This document shows, in pieces, positions 18,143 to 27,699 of a DNA stretch of 52,405 bases. Source of the DNA: Clostridia bacterium (GTDB taxonomy: Bacteria > Bacillota > Clostridia > Oscillospirales > CAG-272); NCBI GenBank assembly GCA_017462615.1, contig JAFTQT010000121.1, positions 1 to 52,405 on the forward strand, in the 5' to 3' direction. The position numbers and the translations under genes were made by a program. Each line of letters starts with the position of its first letter. Position 1 is the stretch's first letter. Below the pieces are notes generated by a model. It searched no databases. It had not been told where the DNA came from and was given only the letters and a program-made list of their open reading frames with translations.

Positions 18143-20734
18143 TTACCGTAATCTTTTCTTCAAATCAAACAAAAACGTCATTGCCTCATAGGGCGAGAGC
18201 GTATTGATATCTGTATTTTTCAATTCCTCGATGATCTGCTCGTTGACACAATCCTCCATCGTGATCAAGCTGTCGTCCACCTTGGGAGCTGCCTCCATCG
18301 AAGGTGCGCGCAATACGCGAGCGGTCTCCTCCACCTCGGCCAGCACCTCCTTGGCGCGCCGGATCACCTCCTGGGGAAGTCCCGCCAGCTTTGCCACCTC
18401 GATGCCGTAGCTGTCATCGGTGGAGCCGCGCACGATCTTGCGCAGGAAGGTAATGCTATCGCCCCGTTTTTTTGCAGCGATGTTATAATTCACCACACCG
18501 GGCATTTCGGCCTCCAGCGAGGTCAGCTCGTGATAATGGGTCGCGAACAGCGTTTTGGCCCCCACCTTGCGGCTGTTGGTATACTCCACGATGGCCCGTG
18601 CAATACTCATGCCGTCAAAGGTGCTGGTACCACGCCCCACCTCGTCGTAAATAATCAGACTGCGGCGGGTCGCATTACGCAGAATGTATGCTACCTCGTT
18701 CATTTCCAGCATGAAGGTGGATTGGCCGGAGGCGAGGTCATCGGACGCACCTACACGGGTAAAGAGCTTGTCAACGATACCAATGCGTGCTTCTGCCGCA
18801 GGCACGAAGGAGCCGATCTGCGCCATCAGCACAATGAGCGCCACCTGGCGCATATAGGTGGATTTACCCGCCATATTGGGGCCGGTAATCAGCATCACCC
18901 GATTGGCGGTGGTATCCAGTAGCGCATCGTTTGGCACGAAATAGGTATCCCGCACGAATTGCTCCACCACAGGATGGCGCCCATCCTTGATGCGAACCTC
19001 GTCGCTGTTATCCACCTCGGGGCGAACGTATTTATTTTTCGCCGCCACATCAGCAAAAGACAAGTATACGTCAAGCTCCGCCAAGCGATTAGCCACACGT
19101 TGGATGCGCTCACCGGCGTCCGCTACCTTGGCACGGATCTCCTGGAACAGCTCATATTCGAGCGAACAAACCTTGTCAGCAGCACCCAGAATGGTTGCCT
19201 CCATGTCCTTCAGCTCTTCCGTAATATAGCGCTCACCGTTGGTCAGCGTTTGCTTGCGGATATAACGATCCGGCACCTGATCCACAAAGGACTTCGACAC
19301 CTCAATATAATAACCAAAAACCTTATTGTAACCAATCTTCAGTGTGCGGATACCGGTCTTTTCCCGTTCCTCCGCCGCCACTCGCTCGATCCAGGATTTG
19401 CCGTCGCTCATCACCGAGCGCAGATAGTCCACGTCAGCATTGTAGCCGGGCTTGATAAGTCCCCCTTCACGCAAAACGAAGGGCGGATTCTCATCAATTG
19501 CAGCGTCGATCATTGCGTAAATATCCTGCAGATCATCAAGCCCATCGTAAATGCGCCGCAGCTCCGCATCACGGCAACTGGAAAGCAGCGCTCTGATCTC
19601 CGGCAAAAGTGCAGCCGTGGTTGCCACGGCACGCAAATCTTTGGCGTTAGCCGTACCGTACACGATACGCGTGATCAAACGCTCCAGATCCAGCACTCCG
19701 GAAAGAGCGGCTCCGATATCCTCTCGCAGCATAAAATTGCCAAACAGCTCCTCTACAGCCCCCTGCCTTGCAGCAATTTCACGAGAGGAAAGTAGCGGAT
19801 GCTCCACGAAGGAACGCAGCAATCGCGCACCGGGAGCGGTATGCGTACGATCCAGTACCCACAGCAGCGTGCCGCGCTTTTCCTTGTTGCGCAGCGTTTC
19901 CGTCAGCTCCAGATTGCGGCGGGTGTTGATATCCATATCCATATACTGCCCATCGGAATAGACGTTCAACTCCTTGATATAGGAGATATCATTGCGCTGC
20001 ATATCGGCAATATAGTCAAGCAACGCGCCGACTGCGCTGACCATCGGGCGGGAATCCACAAAGCCGGTCGGGAGTCGATCTCCAAATTGACGCTGTACAC
20101 GCTCACGCGAAATATCGTAATCGAAACGGCCCGCTTCGTTATCCGAGAGCATAGCGCCTACGCGATTCTGAATAAACTCGGTGATGACCATGGCATCCTC
20201 TCGCGGCAGATCCACTATCACCTCGCTGGGTGCGTAGGTGCCAAGCTCGCTTTGCAGCCGTGCCAGCATATTGTCACCGGATATTTCGGTCACGGAGACC
20301 TCCGCCGTAGAAACGTCCGCAAAGCAAAGGCCAAAGGAGGCCTCACCCAGACAGAGCGCACAGATGTAGTTGTTTTTCTTCTCTGTAAGCATGCTTGGCT
20401 CCAGAAGCGTGCCGGGTGTAACGATCCGCACGATATCGCGCTTGACCAAGCCCTTTGCCTTGGAGGGATCCTCCATTTGCTCACAGATGGCCACCTTATA
20501 ACCCTTCTCAATGAGGCGGGCTATATACCCCTCGGAGCTGTGAAACGGAATACCGCACATGGGTGCCCGCTCCGCCTCGCCACAGTCTCTGCCGGTCAGC
20601 GTCAGCTCCAGCTCACGGGACGCCGTTTTCGCGTCCTCAAAAAACATTTCGTAAAAGTCACCCAACCGGTAGAACACCAGGTAATCTTTATACTGATTTT
20701 TAATTTCAAAATACTGTTCCATCATCGGTGTCAT
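18143..20734 (-). CDS. mutS: DNA mismatch repair protein MutS
   Basis: N-terminal MTPMMEQYFEIK...FYRLGDFYEMFFEDA, Walker A ITGPNMAGKSTYMRQ and STFMLEM. Confidence 0.97.
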   Translation of the reverse strand: MTPMMEQYFEIKNQYKDYLVFYRLGDFYEMFFEDAKTASRELELTLTGRDCGEAERAPMCGIPFHSSEGYIARLIEKGYKVAICEQMEDPSKAKGLVKRDIVRIVTPGTLLEPSMLTEKKNNYICALCLGEASFGLCFADVSTAEVSVTEISGDNMLARLQSELGTYAPSEVIVDLPREDAMVITEFIQNRVGAMLSDNEAGRFDYDISRERVQRQFGDRLPTGFVDSRPMVSAVGALLDYIADMQRNDISYIKELNVYSDGQYMDMDINTRRNLELTETLRNKEKRGTLLWVLDRTHTAPGARLLRSFVEHPLLSSREIAARQGAVEELFGNFMLREDIGAALSGVLDLERLITRIVYGTANAKDLRAVATTAALLPEIRALLSSCRDAELRRIYDGLDDLQDIYAMIDAAIDENPPFVLREGGLIKPGYNADVDYLRSVMSDGKSWIERVAAEEREKTGIRTLKIGYNKVFGYYIEVSKSFVDQVPDRYIRKQTLTNGERYITEELKDMEATILGAADKVCSLEYELFQEIRAKVADAGERIQRVANRLAELDVYLSFADVAAKNKYVRPEVDNSDEVRIKDGRHPVVEQFVRDTYFVPNDALLDTTANRVMLITGPNMAGKSTYMRQVALIVLMAQIGSFVPAAEARIGIVDKLFTRVGASDDLASGQSTFMLEMNEVAYILRNATRRSLIIYDEVGRGTSTFDGMSIARAIVEYTNSRKVGAKTLFATHYHELTSLEAEMPGVVNYNIAAKKRGDSITFLRKIVRGSTDDSYGIEVAKLAGLPQEVIRRAKEVLAEVEETARVLRAPSMEAAPKVDDSLITMEDCVNEQIIEELKNTDINTLSPYEAMTFLFDLKKRLR

Positions 20735-20777
20735 GGTACAGTCTCCTTTTCCGGTCAGATTTTATGGATAAATCCCT

Positions 20778-21164
20778 TCAATGGCAGCCGCCACAGGTGG
20801 AGCAATCATGGGTGCAGCCACCGGGCTCCTCGCCGCTGATCTGCGCAGAGATCGTGTTGTTCACAGCCTCCATCAACGCATTGACGGCTTCCTGTGCCTC
20901 CTCCAGCTCCTTATAAACGGCAAGACCAGTAATCTCGTTGTAAAGCTCCTCTACACGAGCCTGAATCTGCTCAATGGCGGCATCGTCCCGGTCATCCTTA
21001 GCGGCCTCATTCTGAATGGCCTGCTGCTGCACGGCATACTCCATCGAAAGTCTGTTGACGTCCTCATCAGCCTCATAGGCGCGGTGTGCGTTCTCCAGAC
21101 GAACCAGACGCTCGTCCTCCTTCAGCTTCTTACCAAGCTCTGCGGCAAGTTCAAAAATTTCCAT
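20778..21164 (-). CDS. YlbF/YmcA (RicF/RicA-like) family protein with a C-terminal Cys-rich tail
   Basis: Helical 128-aa protein in the conserved miaB-ylbF-mutS-mutL context, ending in GGCTHDCSTCGGCH. Confidence 0.6.
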   Translation of the reverse strand: MEIFELAAELGKKLKEDERLVRLENAHRAYEADEDVNRLSMEYAVQQQAIQNEAAKDDRDDAAIEQIQARVEELYNEITGLAVYKELEEAQEAVNALMEAVNNTISAQISGEEPGGCTHDCSTCGGCH

Positions 21165-21197
21165 TTTATTTTTCCTTTCTTTTGATTACAATTACAT

Positions 21198-22625
21198 TTA
21201 TTTCACAACTGTACCGTAAAGCGCAAAGGCCTCGGCACGGTCGATCCGCACGGAGAGCCAGGTGCCCTCGTCGCCGGGTTCTTTGAAAAATACGATTTTG
21301 TTTTGCGGCGTACGGCCGTTATAAATGCTGTCGTCTTTTTTGCTGACGCCATCGCACAGCACGCATTGCACCGTGCCCACCAACGGCTTATTTTTTTCTG
21401 CTGCAATTTCGTTTTGCAGCGCAAGCAGCCGATCGAATCGGGCATTTTGTACCTCGCGCGGGACCTGATCCGGCATTTCAGCAGCGGGTGTTCCCTTGCG
21501 CGGTGAGTAAATAAAGGAAAAGATCATATCAAACTGCGCCCGCTGCAGCATTGCCAGTGTATCTGCAAAATCCGCCTCACTCTCGCCGGGAAAACCGACA
21601 ATGATATCAGAGGTGACGGCAATATCCGGCATTTTTTCACGCATATAATCAAGGATCTCCAGATACCGCGCACGATCATAATGGCGGTTCATTTTATGCA
21701 AAATGGCGTCGCTGCCGGACTGCAGCGGCAAATGAAAGCTATGCGCGATGTGTTCACCGGCCGCCATCACATCCACCAGCTTTTTGGTGGCATCCTTCGG
21801 ATGGCTAGTCATAAAATGCAGCATATAATCGCCGGGAATACGATCAAGATCACGCAGCAGATCAGCAAAGTCGTAACCGTCCGCGCGCCCCCTTCCATAG
21901 GAATTCACGTTTTGGCCCAGCAGCGTAATATCGCGGTAGCCGGCTTCAACCAGCTCTTTTACCTCCGCGATTACATCTGCAGGCTCCCGACTACGCTCTC
22001 TGCCCCGCACGTAAGGTACGATGCAGTAGGAGCAAAAATTATTGCAGCCGTACATAATACTGACGTAGGCACGATAGCTGCTTTCCCGCTGAACGGGCAG
22101 CCCCTCGGCCACCGTCAGCTCCTCCTCGCCCTTGAAAACGCGCTTTCCACGAGCGAGCACCTCGGCAAGATATTGCGGAAGGCGATAAAGAACCGATGTG
22201 CAGAGCACAAAGCTTACGTAAGGATAGCTTTTTTGCAGCTGCGTACGCCGATGCTCCTGTGCCACCATACAGCCACAAACACCGATAATCAGGTGCGGAT
22301 TTTGCTCCTTCAAATGCTTGAACTGACCGATAATGGAGAGCGAACGCTTCTCCGCATGCTCGCGAATAGCACAGGTGTTGACCAAAATGAGATCCGCATC
22401 TGCCGCCTCACTCGCCCTTTCATAGCCCATATTCAGCGCCATGCCCATCAGCTTTTCACTATCTGCCTCATTTTGCTGGCATCCAAAGGTCAGCACGTAA
22501 CACTGAGGAGCGCGCCCCTCCCGCAGGATGAAATCCGCCGTCCACGCCTTGACAGATTCGATAAAGAGCGCCATATCCGCCGCCGCAGCGGGAATGACCT
22601 CGGTTTTCATTGCGTTTTCGTTCAT
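21198..22625 (-). CDS. miaB: tRNA-2-methylthio-N6-dimethylallyladenosine synthase (MiaB)
   Basis: UPF0004 domain (TFGCQQNEADSE), radical-SAM motif CNNFCSYCIVP and a C-terminal TRAM domain. ATG at 22625 has AAGGAG 7 nt upstream; the longer ORF overlaps topB. Confidence 0.92.
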   Translation of the reverse strand: MNENAMKTEVIPAAAADMALFIESVKAWTADFILREGRAPQCYVLTFGCQQNEADSEKLMGMALNMGYERASEAADADLILVNTCAIREHAEKRSLSIIGQFKHLKEQNPHLIIGVCGCMVAQEHRRTQLQKSYPYVSFVLCTSVLYRLPQYLAEVLARGKRVFKGEEELTVAEGLPVQRESSYRAYVSIMYGCNNFCSYCIVPYVRGRERSREPADVIAEVKELVEAGYRDITLLGQNVNSYGRGRADGYDFADLLRDLDRIPGDYMLHFMTSHPKDATKKLVDVMAAGEHIAHSFHLPLQSGSDAILHKMNRHYDRARYLEILDYMREKMPDIAVTSDIIVGFPGESEADFADTLAMLQRAQFDMIFSFIYSPRKGTPAAEMPDQVPREVQNARFDRLLALQNEIAAEKNKPLVGTVQCVLCDGVSKKDDSIYNGRTPQNKIVFFKEPGDEGTWLSVRIDRAEAFALYGTVVK

Positions 22626-22730
22626 GGCACACTCCTTCATCATACTATCATAGATTATTATTATACTATTAAATAAAGAAAAAGTCAATAGCGAAGCCCG
22701 AAAACCCTTATAACAATTTCGATTTTTTCG

Positions 22731-22760
22731 CAAAAAAACGCCGCGCCCGAGGGCGCGGCA
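22731..22760 (-). terminator. Rho-independent terminator downstream of topB
   Basis: Stem GCCGCGCC / GGCGCGGC followed by a U-run on the minus strand (A7 at 22732-22738 on the plus strand). Confidence 0.8.
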
Positions 22761-22780
22761 AAAAATACGCATATCAATAC

Positions 22781-24973
22781 TCAACCCGGCTCATTCGGAG
22801 CAGGCGGCGGCATGGAATCGTCAAAGATCGGCTCCGGCCTCCTCGGCTCACGCCTTGGCACAGCGGAAAAATCAAATATCGCTTTTCCCTCCTCCATTCT
22901 CAGGGCAGCGTCAAAGCTTTTGCCACTCTTTTTGGAAATAAATCCGTGAATAAGGGTGGTCTTCCCCTCGGCCAGCAGCATTTGCATTTGCTTCACGGAA
23001 ATCACGCGACCGCAGATAACTGTATTCACCCGAAAGGCGCAGCCCCCCTTATATCCGGTGCAGCCATAACTGAATTTGCCACGCACCACCGGGCGGCCGC
23101 AAAGCGGACAATTGCCCACCTCAACACCGTAAAGACCAATATCCGTATCCTCCTCAGGAGACGTTTCCTTTTTCTCAAAAATTTCACGGATATCCCGGGC
23201 GGCCAGCGCCACGCTATCCTCCACGGACATTTCGCCGCGAAACACCTTTTTCAAGGCCTTTCCCATTTCGCTGGTACGGAATTTATCCATGCGGATCTGC
23301 ATACGGTCAAGAGATTCCACCAGATATTCTCCCTGCGGCAAAATGGTATAAACATCCTTGTTTAACGCAATATAACCGCTTTTACGGGCATTGTCGATGA
23401 TACCTGTTCGCGTGGCCTCCGTGCCCAGCTCCAAGCCCTCAAATACCGCCTTATATTCTGCGCTATCGTCGCTGCCTACCGTATCCTCAGCAGCAGCCTT
23501 TTCCTCCCGGAAGGGATTTTTCAGATAATTATTCAAGGTTTCAATGGTATAATGCTTGGGCGGCGACGTCTCTTTTTCCTTCGGTTCAAAGCGGATATTT
23601 ACCGCGTCGCCCTTCTGGAGCTTCGGGAGCACCTTGTCCTTTTGCGTAGCATCGTCATATTTCATCCAACCGCGCTCCAGGATCACCAATCCCTTCAGCA
23701 CAAACTCCTCAAGCTCGCCCACAGCAACTGTGATTTCGGTTCGTTCTGCCGTACAGGGCTCGGCACAAAATACCGCCGCGAAGCGCCGAAAAACCGTGGC
23801 ATACACTTGATTTTCCTTTTCCGAAAGCTCGCCCTTTTTGGGAATTTTGTAGGTAGGCGTCAACGCCGAGTGGGACTCAATCTTGCTGTCGTCAAAAATT
23901 TTGGGAGAATCCTTGAAGGCAACGTCGTAGCCCAATTGCTTGCAATTTGCAATGATCTTTTTGATCTTATCCTTTTCCGCCGTTGCCAGATACTCGGAGT
24001 TGGTACGGGGATAAGTCAGATACCCGCGCTCATAAAGACTTTGAATAATGGCAAGACTATCCGCCATGGACATTTTATACTTCTTACCCAGTACGTTCTG
24101 TAATTTGGAAAGCGAAAAAAGCTTGCCTGGTGCCAGCGTATCCTTTTTACGCTTAACGGATTTGACAAAGGCACCGGTTTCATTATACCGTGCGCAAAGC
24201 GCCTCGGCCTTCGTGCGGTCCTTTTCATCAAACTTCTGCTTGCTGACAAGCTCCACGATCTCGCCGTTAGTTTCCTCACGGCTGATAAGGGCAAGATATT
24301 TGCCCGGCACGAAGTTCCGGATCGCCATATCCCGCTCGTAGATCGCCCGGACAATGGGCACGATCACCCGCCCCACCCGCAGCAAGGATCCGCATTTCAA
24401 CGTGGCGTACCGAGTCAGATTCACGCCGTAAAGCCAATCGATATAGGTACGCGCGAAGCCTTCTGCCGCAAGGTTTTCGTAATCCGCGGCGTTGCCAAGA
24501 GCAGCCAAGGCATCCCGCACGGTCTCGGGGGTTTGGTCGGGAAGCCAAAGACGCTTTTGCGTCTTTGCAGCGGCGCCGGCGTGCTGCACGCACAGCCGCA
24601 CGATGATCTCCCCTTCCCGATCCGCGTCTCCCGCATTGACGATGGTATCTACGTCGGGACGGTTGCAAAGGCTCTCAATGGTCTTGAACTGCTTTCGGAC
24701 ACCCACATCCACCTTTTTGGTTTCCTTGTCCTTTTTCAGATCAAATCGGAATTTGTCGGGAATACAGGGCAGATTATCCATGGTCCAGTGCACCTTTTCC
24801 GTAGCGGGCGCGCCTTGATAATCCTCGATATCCGCAAGAGAAAAGAGGTGACCGAAGGCCCACGTGATCAGATAACCGTTCCCCTCAAGGTAACCGTCCC
24901 GCCGCGCCATCGAGCCGATACCGGCTGCGATATTCCGCGCAAGACTGGGCTTTTCTGCTATGATGAGAACCAT
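22781..24973 (-). CDS. topB: DNA topoisomerase III (type IA) with C-terminal zinc-ribbon repeats
   Basis: The Toprim start MVLIIAEKPSLARNIA is typical of Topo III. The active-site region reads YLTYPRTNSEYL, and the C-terminus contains CPLCGRPV...YGCTGYKGGCAF. Confidence 0.88.
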   Translation of the reverse strand: MVLIIAEKPSLARNIAAGIGSMARRDGYLEGNGYLITWAFGHLFSLADIEDYQGAPATEKVHWTMDNLPCIPDKFRFDLKKDKETKKVDVGVRKQFKTIESLCNRPDVDTIVNAGDADREGEIIVRLCVQHAGAAAKTQKRLWLPDQTPETVRDALAALGNAADYENLAAEGFARTYIDWLYGVNLTRYATLKCGSLLRVGRVIVPIVRAIYERDMAIRNFVPGKYLALISREETNGEIVELVSKQKFDEKDRTKAEALCARYNETGAFVKSVKRKKDTLAPGKLFSLSKLQNVLGKKYKMSMADSLAIIQSLYERGYLTYPRTNSEYLATAEKDKIKKIIANCKQLGYDVAFKDSPKIFDDSKIESHSALTPTYKIPKKGELSEKENQVYATVFRRFAAVFCAEPCTAERTEITVAVGELEEFVLKGLVILERGWMKYDDATQKDKVLPKLQKGDAVNIRFEPKEKETSPPKHYTIETLNNYLKNPFREEKAAAEDTVGSDDSAEYKAVFEGLELGTEATRTGIIDNARKSGYIALNKDVYTILPQGEYLVESLDRMQIRMDKFRTSEMGKALKKVFRGEMSVEDSVALAARDIREIFEKKETSPEEDTDIGLYGVEVGNCPLCGRPVVRGKFSYGCTGYKGGCAFRVNTVICGRVISVKQMQMLLAEGKTTLIHGFISKKSGKSFDAALRMEEGKAIFDFSAVPRREPRRPEPIFDDSMPPPAPNEPG

Positions 24974-24995
24974 AAGTCACTTCCTTTCCCCAAAA

Positions 24996-26735
24996 TCATT
25001 TTTTTCGAAGCCTAGCAATGGCCTCCTTGTCGGGAGAAACCACGGCGCTCCAGTTGGTATGATAGATCACAAATCCAGGCTTGCCGCCGGGTGCCTTTTT
25101 CAGATTACGCACCGTGGTGTAGTCCACCTCCGTCATCGGAGCGCCGGCAGCGGCGGAATACAGCGCAGCAATCGAGGCCGCCTCGGTGAAATCCACCGCA
25201 TCCGGCTCCTCCTTGCCCTCCAAAAGCATCACCACGTGAGAGCCGGGCACGTTTTTGGCGTGAAACCAAAAATCACTACGCTCCGCGATCTTATGGGTGA
25301 TGTGCTCGTTTTGCAAATTGTTTTTACCGCAAAGCACCCGATAGCCGTTGGTGGTCACATATTCCGCATAGGTAGAGGTGCCGGATTTTTTCCCCGGCAG
25401 CGCCTGCTTGCTGCGGGAAGCGTAACCGGCCCGCGCCAATTCTTCTCTGATCTCCAGAAGATCCGTAGGCGTTTCCGCCGTATCCAGCGCCGTCTGTACC
25501 GTTGCAAGATACGCAAGCTCCGCTTCGCCGATGGCGATCTGCTTTGCAAGCTCTACCTTGGCGGTCTTGCTTTTGTTATATTTTTTGTAATATCGCTGTG
25601 CGTTGGCGGTGGGCGAAAGCCTGGTATCCAGCTCTACCTCCACCGTACCGAAGGTGCCGTCCTCCCGATAATCGTTATAATCGGTCAGCGTAACCCGTCC
25701 GGCGCCCCTTTGCAGCTGATAGCAGTTCGATACGATCAGATCACCGATCCGCTTATATTCCTCTCCCTGCTCGCAGAGCGCCAGCTCGCCGCGCTGCAGC
25801 TCCAGCTTATGCGAGATACGCGCGTGGGCGTTGGATAGCAGCTTCAGCACGTCAGCGGCACGCTGATGCACACGCGCCTCCTGATCTCGCGATCCAAACC
25901 ACAGGTCCAGCAGCGCAGAAACGCTTTCAAAGGGGCGATAGGTGCCGTATTGCGTCAACGGCAAAAAGGCGTATTCAAGGGGCTTTTCTTTTTCGTCCAG
26001 CGCCACGGAGGGGGCAAAGCGCCCTTCCCTTACGTTGTCATACACTTTCAGAAAATGATCCGCCAACGCATTTTTTTCAAGCGCAGAAAGCGGCGTATCC
26101 ACCTCGCCTGTGGCGCGATAGACGATTTCTCTGGCCACCGCAGCGGAAACGCCAAGAAACGTAGCCGTCAACCACTTGTCGGCAGGGCGCTCACCACCGC
26201 CTTCAACCAACGCTAAAAACGTCTCACGATCAACCGTGAGCGGGTCTTTTTTGTCCTGTGGGGGCGGCAGCTCGTACCGCATGCCGGGCAGTACCTGCCG
26301 CAAGCTGCTGGTGGTGAAATCCACCGGACGCAGCACGGCAAGAATCTTCCCTTCTCCATCCGTGAAGATCAGATTGCTGTATTTACCCATGATCTCCGCG
26401 TAAAGCCGACGCTCACAGGTATACCCCATTTCATCCCGCGTCTCAAAGGTCAGCGTCATCACGCGCTCAAAGCCCGCCTGCTGAACGGAAAGCAGCTTGG
26501 CACCGGAAAGGTGCTTGCGGAGCAGCACACAGAAAAGCGGCGGATTTTGAGGGTTTTCCATCGGAATTTCCGTAAAGCCAATACGGGGATTTGCGGAACC
26601 GGCATTGATCAGCAACCGCTTACCACCCTCAAAGCTGCGCATCTGTAACACAACGGCATCGCGCTCGGGCTGATAGACCTTTTCGATCCTTGCTCCCAAA
26701 GCCACACGGCGCAGCTCCTCTGCTACCGCAGCCAA
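24996..26735 (-). CDS. rqcH: RqcH / FbpA (NFACT-family) ribosome quality-control protein; the 5' end is disrupted or uses TTG (see findings)
   Basis: NFACT-N, coiled-coil and NFACT-R architecture, including the C-terminal FWFHAKNVPGSHVV block. The canonical MAFDAGF start lies 20 nt upstream in another frame. Confidence 0.8.
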   Translation of the reverse strand: MAAVAEELRRVALGARIEKVYQPERDAVVLQMRSFEGGKRLLINAGSANPRIGFTEIPMENPQNPPLFCVLLRKHLSGAKLLSVQQAGFERVMTLTFETRDEMGYTCERRLYAEIMGKYSNLIFTDGEGKILAVLRPVDFTTSSLRQVLPGMRYELPPPQDKKDPLTVDRETFLALVEGGGERPADKWLTATFLGVSAAVAREIVYRATGEVDTPLSALEKNALADHFLKVYDNVREGRFAPSVALDEKEKPLEYAFLPLTQYGTYRPFESVSALLDLWFGSRDQEARVHQRAADVLKLLSNAHARISHKLELQRGELALCEQGEEYKRIGDLIVSNCYQLQRGAGRVTLTDYNDYREDGTFGTVEVELDTRLSPTANAQRYYKKYNKSKTAKVELAKQIAIGEAELAYLATVQTALDTAETPTDLLEIREELARAGYASRSKQALPGKKSGTSTYAEYVTTNGYRVLCGKNNLQNEHITHKIAERSDFWFHAKNVPGSHVVMLLEGKEEPDAVDFTEAASIAALYSAAAGAPMTEVDYTTVRNLKKAPGGKPGFVIYHTNWSAVVSPDKEAIARLRKK

Positions 26736-26766
26736 AATCCAGCATCAAATGCCATAAAGCTCCTCT

Positions 26767-27588
26767 TTAACCAAACAGAAGATGATCAACGTCATCAAGA
26801 GAATCAAATACAAAATCAGGCTGATCTGCAGCGGCAGCCGCATCCACGTCCTCTGCGGTCGTTTCACCGGAAAGCACCAGCGTAGCCGTCACACCGTGGC
26901 GCTTGCCCACGGCAATATCGGTATAAAGGCGATCACCAAAGATGCACATTTGCTCACAAGAATATCCCGTAGCCTCACAGATCATTTCAATGGTCTCCTT
27001 GTAGGGCTTGCCAAAATAGGTGGGGGTCTTACCCGTAGAAGCGGTCACGAAGGCTGCAATGGCACCGCTATCCGGAATGAAGCCGGTTTCTGTGGGGCAG
27101 TTGAAATCCGGATGCGTAGAAAGATATTCCGCACCGCCGCGCACCAGACGACAAGCATTGTCCAGCTTTTCGTAGGTCAGGGTAGTATCAAAGCTGGTAA
27201 CCACGATATCGGCGCTTTCCTCCTTGCCCGTCAGCATGGGAATACCGTTTTCGCGGAAATTTTCCACCAACTCGTCCGTGCCCACCAGATAAACGCTCTT
27301 CCCTGCACGGTGGCGCTTCAGATACTCAATGGTCACGTCACCGGAGGTCATGATCTCCTCGCGCTTCGGCGAAAAGCCCAGCTTGGACAGCTTCTGCACG
27401 TAGTAATCGGTGGTGTGAGAGGCATTGTTGGTAAAGAAAAGCACCTTTTTGCCAGCAGCACGCAGGTGATCAATAAAACGGATCGCAAACGGAAATACCT
27501 GGTAGCCCAGATAGATCGTACCATCCATATCGAAAATATAAAGCTCCTTGCTGCCGAGACAGGCGGTATCCGGATTTTTGAAATTCAT
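26767..27588 (-). CDS. HAD-IIA family hydrolase (NagD/YutF-like sugar phosphatase)
   Basis: Motif I FDMDGTIY, FFTNNAS, and a C-terminal GDRLYTDI. Confidence 0.8.
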   Translation of the reverse strand: MNFKNPDTACLGSKELYIFDMDGTIYLGYQVFPFAIRFIDHLRAAGKKVLFFTNNASHTTDYYVQKLSKLGFSPKREEIMTSGDVTIEYLKRHRAGKSVYLVGTDELVENFRENGIPMLTGKEESADIVVTSFDTTLTYEKLDNACRLVRGGAEYLSTHPDFNCPTETGFIPDSGAIAAFVTASTGKTPTYFGKPYKETIEMICEATGYSCEQMCIFGDRLYTDIAVGKRHGVTATLVLSGETTAEDVDAAAAADQPDFVFDSLDDVDHLLFG

Positions 27589-27699
27589 ATCGTTTACCTC
27601 GTCAAAATAAATTTAGATAATATATTATATCACTATCTTGATTTTTTTGCAAGGTTATGTTAAAATAAAGTGTAAACAAAAGTAAAAGGAGATGTTTGT

